DNA of 64,000 nt. Origin: an uncultured Candidatus Saccharibacteria bacterium. Lineage in GTDB: Bacteria; Patescibacteriota; Minisyncoccia; Phycocordibacterales; UBA12088. Of this stretch, positions 19,794 to 29,001 are shown piece after piece. The translations under genes were made by a program, and so were the position numbers. A model generated the notes under the pieces. The model saw nothing but the letters and a program-made list of their open reading frames with translations, was not told the DNA's origin and did no database searches. Position 1 is the stretch's first letter; each line of letters begins with the position of its first letter. Location: assembly GCA_964562615.1 (NCBI GenBank), contig CAZLUD010000001.1, positions 193,072 to 257,071 of the forward strand. The letters are read 5' to 3'.

Positions 19794-19853
19794 AGGGATA
19801 TATATAGTATACCTCTACTATAGGTAGCGTGCTTGCTAATCTGGGGAGAAGTC

Positions 19854-20360
19854 CTACAGCACGCGACTATCGTACGCAAAGTGGAGTAGTGCTTGACGCT
19901 GACGTGGACGACAAGCAAGGTCACCAGCTCTGCAGTGGCGTTGCACTTGTGCTATGTGCCGCCTCATCTGCCTCCATCTGCGTATCTGTCTCGCATCATC
20001 CTCATGTCTTCTTCCCATGTAGTAACGACAGTACCACTCAAACCAACCACGTGGATCATCTGTATGTATCCATCCCTTTGCTCGCCAGTACGAAAGCGGG
20101 GTGCTTGCCTTTATCTTAAAAAAATTGAGTGATGGATCTGGTGCTCCTGACGCAAATTTTGCACGAGCAAACCAATCTTTTGGATATTCTTTAGTTGTAT
20201 CACGCATATACACCCCAGAAAAAACGCCAAGAGAAAGCATCTGCTTCGGTGTAAGCATTGGCGTAAACCCTTCATCAAAATGTTTCCCCATTGGTTCTGT
20301 GAGGTAATACACGTACCCCTTCTGCATCATATTATTGACTACCACTCGTTTCTTTTTCAT
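19854..20360 (-). CDS. Conserved hypothetical protein (motif GWIHTDDPRGWFEWYCRYYMGRR)
   Basis: 168-aa ORF whose central motif I recall as a conserved bacterial family of unknown function. The C-terminal ~40 aa lie in an unusually GC-rich stretch. Confidence 0.45.
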   Translation of the reverse strand: MKKKRVVVNNMMQKGYVYYLTEPMGKHFDEGFTPMLTPKQMLSLGVFSGVYMRDTTKEYPKDWFARAKFASGAPDPSLNFFKIKASTPLSYWRAKGWIHTDDPRGWFEWYCRYYMGRRHEDDARQIRRWRQMRRHIAQVQRHCRAGDLACRPRQRQALLHFAYDSRVL

Positions 20361-20451
20361 AGCTACAATTGTACCCTATTCTCTTACCTCTATGATATAC
20401 TCCTTTTGCCTACCTGGCATTTATTAAGTAGAAATTAGTAACGATATTCAT

Positions 20452-21174
20452 ATGAATAAAGGAATTTTCGTACTCATCGGCGTCGTGCTTCTTGCGGGCG
20501 GATGGTATGTCTTCACGAAAGAAGACCGACAGATGAACAAGGAAGTAGCACCTGAAACTACTCAGGATGAAATGAAAGCCACAAAGAGTGTTCCTGCTTC
20601 AGGAATGTACGAGGCAGTAGTTGCTGATAGTACCGTGATGTGGAGCGGTCAAAAGCCTCTTGTTGCTGGCTACGTGCACAAGGGCACCATTATGCTTTCT
20701 GAAGGCATGATCGAGGTTAAGGATGGAACTGCAGCAGGTTCTTTTACCATCGATATGAACAGCATCAAGGCAACCTCCCTTGGTGGTGGAAAAGAAGGAC
20801 AAGAATCTGGACTTGAAAAGCACCTCAAGTCTAAGGACTTCTTCAATGTTGAGACCTATCCAACTGCTACCATGAAGATTGCTAGCGTGACACCAATCGA
20901 AGGAGTTGCACATCGCTATACAGTAGTCGGCGAACTTACCCTTCTTGGAAAAACTAATGCAGTAACCTTCCCAGCTGATATCTACACCAAAGAGGATGGA
21001 ACGCTTATGGCTAACGCCACGGTAAGCATTGATAGAACTGTATGGGGAATCACCTATGGATCTGGGTCTTTCTTTGACAACCTTGCAAACAATGCAATCG
21101 ACAACAACATCAACCTTGATCTCTCATTGGTTGCAAAAATGAAGACTGCAGAAACCGAAGGATCAGCGATGTAA
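20452..21174 (+). CDS. YceI-like domain protein (periplasmic/secreted, polyisoprenoid-binding family)
   Basis: A signal/TM N-terminus is followed by FTIDMNSIKA...LEKHLKSKDFFNVETYPTATMK, which matches the YceI pattern. Confidence 0.7.
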   Translation: MNKGIFVLIGVVLLAGGWYVFTKEDRQMNKEVAPETTQDEMKATKSVPASGMYEAVVADSTVMWSGQKPLVAGYVHKGTIMLSEGMIEVKDGTAAGSFTIDMNSIKATSLGGGKEGQESGLEKHLKSKDFFNVETYPTATMKIASVTPIEGVAHRYTVVGELTLLGKTNAVTFPADIYTKEDGTLMANATVSIDRTVWGITYGSGSFFDNLANNAIDNNINLDLSLVAKMKTAETEGSAM

Positions 21175-21763
21175 TACCATTGTTGTTACCGGTAAAGAAA
21201 TAATTATCACACCGCTCGTCTTTGACGAGCGGTGTGATTTTTATATCGCAATAAAAATGTGCGGGCGCCATTCGGCGCCCGCAAGGATATGTACGATACA
21301 CAGCATCTTTAAATGCCATATATGTGGATACTTGAAATCTACTGGGCGTAATCGCCCATCCAGAAGGAACAATATCAAATGTAATATCGCCTTCCAGAAC
21401 CTCATCTGTTGCTAGTATTTTCCAGGTAAATGTGTGCAAAACACACTCTGCAGTTAATGGACTAGCTACCATCAAACTAGAAAATGCTTCAGTGTGTAGC
21501 ACACTCCCATCCGGCGCACCCTGTACCTCAATAAGCAAGACAAGATGCGCGTTTCCGTTGAACCTTGTGCAAGTAGAAATAGCAACGATGTTCTTTGTTG
21601 CTGTCTCCAATTGTTCAACTGGGCATTCTGATCTCCTGAGTTTGTTTGTGATCACTTCTTCTTTATTGAGAAGTGATATGCCAAAGAAAGGTGGTGCGAA
21701 AATTGCCACAAGAACAAGGACGAGAAGGATAAGTGGAATCCTCTTCAAGTGAGTCGTGGTCAT
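21110..21763 (-). CDS. Hypothetical membrane-anchored protein (217 aa) with a doubtful 3' end
   Basis: N-terminal TM helix LILLVLVLVAIFAPPFFGISLL. The last ~60 codons overlap the yceI 3' end and run through two terminator-like hairpins. A frameshift or an earlier true stop is possible. Confidence 0.4.
   Translation of the reverse strand: MTTTHLKRIPLILLVLVLVAIFAPPFFGISLLNKEEVITNKLRRSECPVEQLETATKNIVAISTCTRFNGNAHLVLLIEVQGAPDGSVLHTEAFSSLMVASPLTAECVLHTFTWKILATDEVLEGDITFDIVPSGWAITPSRFQVSTYMAFKDAVYRTYPCGRRMAPAHFYCDIKITPLVKDERCDNYFFTGNNNGITSLILRFLQSSFLQPMRDQG
21206..21243 (+). terminator. Rho-independent terminator after the yceI-like gene
   Basis: The sequence atcacaccgctcgtc-tttg-acgagcggtgtgat is a 14-bp stem followed by ttttat. 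Confidence 0.6.
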
Positions 21764-21907
21764 TGGTAACCCCTTTCATGGGTTTGCTTCAAAAAGCATA
21801 CCTGAGTCGTAAAACTTTGCACGTGTTTTTTTCACTATCCAAAAAAACATTATTGCAAGCCCTACTTTACGGGTGTATCATGCGAGCATTGTTTATAACA
21901 TACTAGT

Positions 21908-23644
21908 ATGTCACTCTCATCAAATACCAGTGGGGTAGTACTTCGAGTAAGAGAAAACTGGCGCTCAGCGCTTACTGTGGCGCTTATTTCACTCCCACTA
22001 TCCATCGCGCTTGCTATCGCATCAGGCGCAGGCCCAATTCCTGGCATTATTACGGGCGTATGGGCTACAGTTATTGCAGCATTATTTGGATCAAGTAACT
22101 ACAATGTAGTCGGTGTCGCAGGCGCACTCACCACCATACTCTTTGGCGCTGCGCTTTTTGCTGGTCCTTTAATACTTCCCTTCCTCGCAATAGCATCTGG
22201 TATATGTATCTTGCTTATGTATCTCTTCAAACTAGACAGATACATTCGCTACATCCCTAACGCAGTAGTGTATGGATTCGCATCTGGTGTAGCTATTCTT
22301 ATCGCTGCCAATCAACTGTACGACGCATTTGGTCTTTCACTCATTAAACGCCATGGTCACCTTATCCCAGACCTTATACAGTTTGTTGAAATGAAAAGCC
22401 AAATCAGTCTCACGAGTGGAGCACTCTTTGGCGTATTTCTTATTATTCTTCTTGCCTGGAAAAAGTGGATACGATTCCTTCCTGGAGTAATTCCTGTCGC
22501 AGCAGCAGGTTCACTCATTGGCTATCTTTCAGAGACAGGAAGATTCTTTGGATATTCATATATCACTCTCGAGGATAAGTTTGGCGATCTCTCTATCACT
22601 CTTATCCAAATACCACTTCTTAGTGATATTACGTCATTTATTAAGGATAGCGGTAATCTTATCTGGTTTTTTCAAACGGCATTTATTATTGCCGTTATAT
22701 CAGTACTCGAGACACTTATCACCGCGCGTATTGGTGACAAAATAACCAAAACAGAGCACAGCCCAAGAAAAGAGCTTAGAGGACTTGGCCTTGCCAACAT
22801 TGCAAGCGGCATCATGGGAGGACTCCCTGCAACGGGCGTATTTATTCGTACCGGCTTAAATATAAAAAGTGGTGCAACCCACAAAACATCACAAGGATTA
22901 GCTGCAATATTCACCGCACTCCTCAGTATTATTGCATGGCCATATCTCCAGTATCTTCCCTTGCCGGTTGTTGCTGCAATTCTAAGCATGACCGCTATTG
23001 GACTCATTGAAGTAGAGCATTTTGTACGATTCTGGAAATACGAAAAAGCGAGCCTCCTTGTTGGTATGGTGGTAGCGGCAACAACCGTGTTAGATGACGC
23101 AGGTGTTGGAGTACTCTTTGGTACCATTCTTGCGCTGCTTATCCTTATCGATCAACTCACTCGTGGACGACACGAAGTACAATTTAATGTAAACAAACAA
23201 AGAATTAAGCTCTCTGGTAAGGGTATGCTTGCTATACCAGAGGGCGTAGCACCAGACGTGGTGGTATACAGCATTGGCGGATTTGTTAGTTATGCTGATG
23301 CAGTGTATCACCGTGACAATATTCGTGTCCTCGCAAATACACCTTCAATTGAAACCATTGTTATCCGCATGCGAAACCTCCATTACGCAGACCTCGATGG
23401 CATCGACACACTCGCTGAAGGCATAGAGGACGCAGAAAGAATGAAGAAAAAAATTCTTATCTCATCAGCGAGTGACTACATAGCTACCCTTGCTACTCGG
23501 GATAGTATTTTTGCTCACCTCAAGAATGACGGTAAATTTTTTACCTCTACCGAAAGCGCGCTTCGTACGCTTGGTTTTGATGACGAGCACCTCAAGCGAG
23601 ATGCGCCACTCTATGTGAGCACCAGAGAAACTCAGACAATCTAG
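21908..23644 (+). CDS. SulP-family inorganic anion (sulfate) permease with a C-terminal STAS domain
   Basis: N-terminal signature LSLPLSIALAIASGAGPIPGIITGVWATVIAALFGSS, with a STAS-like C-terminus. Confidence 0.85.
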   Translation: MSLSSNTSGVVLRVRENWRSALTVALISLPLSIALAIASGAGPIPGIITGVWATVIAALFGSSNYNVVGVAGALTTILFGAALFAGPLILPFLAIASGICILLMYLFKLDRYIRYIPNAVVYGFASGVAILIAANQLYDAFGLSLIKRHGHLIPDLIQFVEMKSQISLTSGALFGVFLIILLAWKKWIRFLPGVIPVAAAGSLIGYLSETGRFFGYSYITLEDKFGDLSITLIQIPLLSDITSFIKDSGNLIWFFQTAFIIAVISVLETLITARIGDKITKTEHSPRKELRGLGLANIASGIMGGLPATGVFIRTGLNIKSGATHKTSQGLAAIFTALLSIIAWPYLQYLPLPVVAAILSMTAIGLIEVEHFVRFWKYEKASLLVGMVVAATTVLDDAGVGVLFGTILALLILIDQLTRGRHEVQFNVNKQRIKLSGKGMLAIPEGVAPDVVVYSIGGFVSYADAVYHRDNIRVLANTPSIETIVIRMRNLHYADLDGIDTLAEGIEDAERMKKKILISSASDYIATLATRDSIFAHLKNDGKFFTSTESALRTLGFDDEHLKRDAPLYVSTRETQTI

Positions 23645-23675
23645 CAAGTAACTGCCCACAACGCTCATCAGTACA

Positions 23676-23984
23676 TTATTTTTTCTCCCATCTGTCTTTG
23701 TCTCTTGTCTTTATCTTGTTCATTGTTGCGTCAAATCCACGCTGCATATCAAGATTAAGCGCGTTAGCAATACAAGCAAGAGTAAAAAGCACATCACCAA
23801 GCTCTTCTTCTACATCTCTACTATCCTCGGTTTCCTTCTTTTTCTTTAACCCATACCGATGTGATATTTCTCGAGAAAGCTCCCCCACTTCTTCCGTAAG
23901 TCTTGCAATTTGTTCAAATGGTGGAAAATATCCTAATTTATGAAGCGTAATCCACTCATGTACTTCTTGTTGGGTTTCTTTCAT
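23676..23984 (-). CDS. MazG-like nucleotide pyrophosphohydrolase domain protein
   Basis: The EEVGELSRE...EELGDVLFTL motif pair is typical of the MazG fold. Confidence 0.7.
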   Translation of the reverse strand: MKETQQEVHEWITLHKLGYFPPFEQIARLTEEVGELSREISHRYGLKKKKETEDSRDVEEELGDVLFTLACIANALNLDMQRGFDATMNKIKTRDKDRWEKK

Positions 23985-24324
23985 AGTCTTGTACTACAGT
24001 AAGTAATATGGATAGTGTATCACCATCTCCAATAATTTCCTTTCTCCTAATTTCAGCCTTTAATGGTAGTAAATAGACTCCTGATTTTGTATCAGGAAAT
24101 ATTGAGGTGTCCCACTCAGTTGCCCCTATACGCACAGTTACTCGTAGCGATCCCCATCCCCCAGCTATCGCTTTGTGCGTATTTTTTAGTGTAGTAGATA
24201 GCGCAATAGGAAGTGGCGCAAAATACCACGCACCTTTTTGTGCTTTTGTGTGTGCATTACCACCATAGACCATCACTGTGGTAGTAAATCTATGTGCTTT
24301 TTTTGACGTACGACTCTCTGCCAT
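23956..24324 (-). CDS. DUF1905-like small protein
   Basis: The pattern GGWGSLRVTVRIGATEWDTSIFPDTKSGVYLLPLK fits the DUF1905 beta-barrel pattern. Confidence 0.5.
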   Translation of the reverse strand: MAESRTSKKAHRFTTTVMVYGGNAHTKAQKGAWYFAPLPIALSTTLKNTHKAIAGGWGSLRVTVRIGATEWDTSIFPDTKSGVYLLPLKAEIRRKEIIGDGDTLSILLTVVQDYERNPTRST

Positions 24325-24343
24325 ACAGTGTATGAGTATAGAA

Positions 24344-25714
24344 TTACACCACCTGTGCCTGAGATTCTTTCTTCAAGACAGAGCGCATATACAGATAGGT
24401 AGCGATTGCGCCTGACCATACAATAAAGAACACCGACCACCACAATGCCTTGATACTACCCGGAAACAGTGTAGTCACAAAGAAAAATACTGGCAGTGGT
24501 ATAACCACCTGTCTAAGTATACCAATGATAAGGGGGAAGAAGGCATGTTTAAGACCTCGCAGTGAAGATTCTGAAACAAAGATAATCCCGTATGCCCATG
24601 AAATAAGCGCTGCGATAGATAAGTACCCTACGCCATAGGCAATGATATTCTCGTCAGTGGTAAAGAGACTAACCAATTGCCTCCCCAAGAAGTATATACA
24701 CAGCGACACCACCAGACTCATTATAAGTGAATACTTAATAGCAACTGCTACCACCTCTTTTACCCTATCAAACCTTTTTGCTCCATTGTTATGTCCAATA
24801 AGGGTAAGTACCGCGATAGTAAGACCGATGCCAGGTATTAAGAATATCTGCTCTATTCTGATACTAGTACCGTATCCCGCAACTGCATCAGGCCCAAACA
24901 GTGCGACAAAATACGTAATGACAAACGATCCTAGTGCGATAGTCATCATAGACAAACTTGCCGGAAATCCTTGCGAAAAGATTTTCATATACGGCTCTCT
25001 TTCAGGAAGAAAATGCTTCTGTATGTGGTGTGCAGTCATGATACCGGTGCGATACACCTTATACGCAAGGTATACAAACCCAACAAACGTAGAGAGGACC
25101 GTTGCAAGCGAGATGCCAAGTATACCAAGCGCAGGAAATCCAACATAACCAAACGCAAGCACCGGATCAGCAACAAGATTGATAAAGAATCCGGCAATAA
25201 GGACGTTGCGATATGATTTTGTATCACCCACTGAGTTGAGTATCGCGTTGAATACAAAACTCATGCTAAAAAATATCGAGCCAAGGAATAGTGGTTGCAT
25301 ATAAAGGAGTGCCTGTGTGAGCACCTCCCCTTTTGCGCTAAGCATGCTAAATAGGTACGGAGCAGAAAAGTAACCAATACACGTAAGCACAATAGAAATA
25401 AAGAATCCGAACGAAATCGCCTGCACTGCGTAGCGTTTTGCTTCATCTGTATTTCCCGCTCCAATAAAATTGGATAACAGTGAGGTAGTACCCGTACCCA
25501 CACCTGAACCAAATGCAATGATCAGAAAGAATATAGGAAAGGTAAGCGAGAGTCCGGCAAGTGCCTCTGGCGAAACCTTACCTGCAACAAACGTATCCAC
25601 AATGTTGTACATTGTGTTGAAAAAGAATCCAACCGCAGACGGAATACCAAGCGCGAGTATAAGCTTAGGGATAGGATCCTTAAGCAAGTGCTCTGAAGAA
25701 ACAGAAAGTGACAT
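24344..25714 (-). CDS. MATE-family efflux transporter
   Basis: N-terminus LALGIPSAVGFFFNTMYNIVDTFVAGKVSPEALAGLSLTFPI, with 12 predicted TM helices. Confidence 0.85.
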   Translation of the reverse strand: MSLSVSSEHLLKDPIPKLILALGIPSAVGFFFNTMYNIVDTFVAGKVSPEALAGLSLTFPIFFLIIAFGSGVGTGTTSLLSNFIGAGNTDEAKRYAVQAISFGFFISIVLTCIGYFSAPYLFSMLSAKGEVLTQALLYMQPLFLGSIFFSMSFVFNAILNSVGDTKSYRNVLIAGFFINLVADPVLAFGYVGFPALGILGISLATVLSTFVGFVYLAYKVYRTGIMTAHHIQKHFLPEREPYMKIFSQGFPASLSMMTIALGSFVITYFVALFGPDAVAGYGTSIRIEQIFLIPGIGLTIAVLTLIGHNNGAKRFDRVKEVVAVAIKYSLIMSLVVSLCIYFLGRQLVSLFTTDENIIAYGVGYLSIAALISWAYGIIFVSESSLRGLKHAFFPLIIGILRQVVIPLPVFFFVTTLFPGSIKALWWSVFFIVWSGAIATYLYMRSVLKKESQAQVV

Positions 25715-25720
25715 ACCGTA

Positions 25721-26980
25721 CTACGCAAGCACCAAAACTGCCACTTTCTTCCCTCGACGAAGGAGTGTAATACCATTTACCATATCATCACTTTGTAGCA
25801 CCTCATCAACAGCAGTCACCTCCCTACCATTTACCGATACTGCCTTTTGCAACAATAATCGTCTTGCTTCACCTTTTGATTCAGACAGTGCGCTCATGAC
25901 AAGCACGTCAACAATAGCAATACCTTTTGCTACATCCTTTTTTTGAACTACAAATGATGGCGCTTCTTTGACAAGAAGTGCCTTATCTTTTGCAGAAATA
26001 TTTGCAAGTGATTCACCATGATAGAGGATAGCCATTACACGCTCGACACTCTCTACCGCCTCTTTACCGTGAATAAATGCCGTTACTTCACTTGCGAGTG
26101 TGCGCTGCCCTAGTCTTTTGTGTGGTGCATCAGTATGCGTTGCTACTACACGTTCAATTTTTTTGAGTGGGAGAAACGTAAATATCTTTAAATATTCTTC
26201 AAGGTTTTCATCAGCAACATTGAACCAAAATTGATAGAACGCAAACGGCGAGGTCTTGGTTGCATCAAGCCATACAGCATTACCTTCTGACTTTCCAAAT
26301 TTTTTACCAGTACTTTTATCTACAATAATAGGAGTGGTGAGCGCGTAGACAGTCTTCGAAAGACGCTTTCGTACCAAATCAACCCCCGAGAGAATGTTTG
26401 TCCACTGATCTGCCCCACCAATCTGTAAGTCAACATTATGGGTATCTGCTAATACCTCATAGTCATACGCCTGTAATAGCGAGTAAGAAAATTCTGTGTA
26501 AGAGATACTGTCTTGCTCATCGTCTAAGCGCCGTTTAATAAGGTCGCGCTTAATAAGCTGGTTCACGGTAAAGTGCTTGCCGATATCACGCAAAAAATCT
26601 ATAGCACGCAGTTTTGTAAGCCACGTTGCATTGTTTATCATGACAAAAGACTTTTCACCAAATAGCCTAGAGAGCTGTTTTGTGAGTCCTTTTACATTTT
26701 TATTTACCTCTTGCGTGGTGATGAGTGGTCGCTCGCCAGTTGCTCGTGGGTCACCAATAAGACCAGTACCGCCCCCCACAATAAAGTAAGGCTTGTGTCC
26801 AGCCTGTGCTAAGTGGTGCATAAGGAGTATAGGCACCAAGTGCCCCACATGGAGAGAATCTGCTGTAGGATCCATTCCTAAATATACATTTCTCTTTTTA
26901 GATAACACCTCTGTAAGAGTGCCGCCGCCAACACCATCTATTAGTCCTCGAGTTGTTAGTTCATCTGTAAGTGAAGCCAT
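25721..26980 (-). CDS. tyrS: Tyrosyl-tRNA synthetase
   Basis: HIGH motif (ADSLHVGHLVP), KMSKS-like motif KFGKSEGNAVWLD, and a C-terminal S4 domain. Confidence 0.9.
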   Translation of the reverse strand: MASLTDELTTRGLIDGVGGGTLTEVLSKKRNVYLGMDPTADSLHVGHLVPILLMHHLAQAGHKPYFIVGGGTGLIGDPRATGERPLITTQEVNKNVKGLTKQLSRLFGEKSFVMINNATWLTKLRAIDFLRDIGKHFTVNQLIKRDLIKRRLDDEQDSISYTEFSYSLLQAYDYEVLADTHNVDLQIGGADQWTNILSGVDLVRKRLSKTVYALTTPIIVDKSTGKKFGKSEGNAVWLDATKTSPFAFYQFWFNVADENLEEYLKIFTFLPLKKIERVVATHTDAPHKRLGQRTLASEVTAFIHGKEAVESVERVMAILYHGESLANISAKDKALLVKEAPSFVVQKKDVAKGIAIVDVLVMSALSESKGEARRLLLQKAVSVNGREVTAVDEVLQSDDMVNGITLLRRGKKVAVLVLA

Positions 26981-27055
26981 AGTAGTGGTAAAAGTAACCT
27001 AGTACCGGTTAATAGTACCAGAAAAGTATTGTTATCAAAGCGGATGATTATCTAG

Positions 27056-27967
27056 CTAACGAAAGATAACCGTACCACCATCATCTTTCAATGTGAGGAT
27101 TAACTCACCTCTAGAGGTAAATACAAAGCCCTCAGTGTTTGAAAGAAAATCAGAAAATACTCTTTCCTGTGAACCTTCACAATACATAAGTGTCGACATC
27201 ATCTTATCAAAAGACAGACTGGTCTTTCCGGCAACATACTCTCCACCTATTCCATTACAATCAGTCGACGCAGAAAAAGTACCGTCATTATTAAATGAAA
27301 GCGTAAACGCATCAGACTTTTGTGGCATTACATCACCTTGTGGGGTGGTCGCTTTTATCCATTTCCATGTATTCATACCAAGAGTCATTTTTGATGGGTC
27401 TGCTTCACCTTCAAAATTTTGTGCAACTTCTCCAAAGGTAAGTGTAGTCGGATCAAGCATAAGCCACATACTCTTTCCAATAGATGGTTGGGTACTAAAG
27501 TCTTCGCCTACCGCTCTCTCTGCGTAATTAACCACAATAACGTTTCCATCCCCCATCGAGGTGCTTTGTGGAGCTATTCTGTCACCGATAAACACTCCTT
27601 TTGATCCAACGTAGCCACTTTCTTTATTAAGAGCTGCGACAAGATAATAAAACACTCCACTACCTCCAGTTTCTTGAGAAAGCAAAAACGCAGTGTCGAG
27701 ACGACCATCACCATCAAGGTCATGACTTACTTCGTTACCAAAGTATCGAGTTACTACTTTTGACGCACTTCCGGGTACCACTTCTTGCTCTGCAACACCG
27801 TTATTCAATATCACCCGCTTACCATCAATCACATACGTGGCATCCTTTGGTGACATAATAGGTGCCTCAACTATACCTACCACATCGCCATTTTGTTGTG
27901 ATGAATAAAAAAACCATACCGTACTCAAAATAACTGCTCCAAGAAATAGTGCTGAGAATGTTTTCAT
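27056..27967 (-). CDS. Secreted protein with a C-terminal META (HslJ-like, DUF306) domain
   Basis: Signal peptide present. The C-terminus FTLSFNNDGTFSASTDCNGIGGEYV...MMSTLMYCEGSQERVFSDFL fits the META pattern. Confidence 0.55.
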   Translation of the reverse strand: MKTFSALFLGAVILSTVWFFYSSQQNGDVVGIVEAPIMSPKDATYVIDGKRVILNNGVAEQEVVPGSASKVVTRYFGNEVSHDLDGDGRLDTAFLLSQETGGSGVFYYLVAALNKESGYVGSKGVFIGDRIAPQSTSMGDGNVIVVNYAERAVGEDFSTQPSIGKSMWLMLDPTTLTFGEVAQNFEGEADPSKMTLGMNTWKWIKATTPQGDVMPQKSDAFTLSFNNDGTFSASTDCNGIGGEYVAGKTSLSFDKMMSTLMYCEGSQERVFSDFLSNTEGFVFTSRGELILTLKDDGGTVIFR

Positions 27968-27994
27968 ATATATAGTATAGCAAAAAAATGATTA

Positions 27995-28711
27995 TTAGTT
28001 TTGTGATTCTATTGTAGCTTGTAACACACTGAACCATTCCTTATACCCAAGGGCTGAGGGATGCAGTCCATCTGGTGCAAAGTAATGATCTGGATCGAGA
28101 ACAAACACATCTTTTTGAGGTACCGTATACAGATTTACGTATACACCACCTGCTTTTGCTATCGCTCCTTCAACCTTTTTGTGATATTCGAGCGTTCGTG
28201 CGTGATAGAGAGGGCGCACAAACCATGGAAAAAGTATACTTGCACCTATATCACCTGCGGTAAGTACGTAGACATCTTTTGATTGATCTTTTAGTACGCG
28301 TACTGTAGTAGCTATTCTTTCTATCGCCTCATCTATAGCAACAAACCGAATAATGTCATTGGCGCCAATCTGAATGAGTACCACATCATACTGTGTACGC
28401 ATTGCCATAGCGCGCTGCCTTGCTAAATCACTGGTGAGCGCTCCAGATACTGCATAGTTTTCAACATGGGTGGCACCAAGATATTCTGCAAGATACCCTG
28501 GTACTGACTCTCCTCTAGTACTCCCTACCCCTACTGCTGTACTGTCTCCTAGCACAAGAATACTCACCCCCGTGTCAGTGTCGGCATGTTTTTCAAATCG
28601 AGTCGCCGTCTCACTTAACCCCTTTGCAATATGTATCTTGTAGGCAAATCGACACCCCTCATACAAGAGGTACAGACCAACCACCACCAGCACATACAGT
28701 AGAATTTTCAT
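27995..28711 (-). CDS. SGNH/GDSL-family hydrolase
   Basis: Contains the GDS block VLGDSTAVGVG, followed by QIGANDII and DGLHPSALGY (DxxH). Confidence 0.7.
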   Translation of the reverse strand: MKILLYVLVVVGLYLLYEGCRFAYKIHIAKGLSETATRFEKHADTDTGVSILVLGDSTAVGVGSTRGESVPGYLAEYLGATHVENYAVSGALTSDLARQRAMAMRTQYDVVLIQIGANDIIRFVAIDEAIERIATTVRVLKDQSKDVYVLTAGDIGASILFPWFVRPLYHARTLEYHKKVEGAIAKAGGVYVNLYTVPQKDVFVLDPDHYFAPDGLHPSALGYKEWFSVLQATIESQN

Positions 28712-29001
28712 TTTTGAATAGGAGTATTTTTTATAAGCAACAATTTTTCTGGTTTTGATAACCTCTTTATATACGCCTCTCGCTTTGATGCGACTGATCT
28801 ATTTTCACATGCTTCAGCATATACAAGCCGTACTACTCCTTTTGCTCTCGTGTACCTCCCCCCTACACCATCTTTATGTTCTTGAAGGCGACGAGCAGTA
28901 TCGGTGGTAATTCCTGTATACAAAGACCCATCCTTACACAAAAGGATATACGCATAAAACATACTCATACGATAAGTATACCCTGTATTATTCCTCTTCA
29001 C
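28708..29001 (-). CDS. GIY-YIG domain protein (UPF0213/YhbQ-like)
   Basis: FYAYILLCKDGSLYTGITTDTARRLQEHK is a GIY-YIG motif. Confidence 0.7.
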   Translation of the reverse strand: MKRNNTGYTYRMSMFYAYILLCKDGSLYTGITTDTARRLQEHKDGVGGRYTRAKGVVRLVYAEACENRSVASKREAYIKRLSKPEKLLLIKNTPIQK

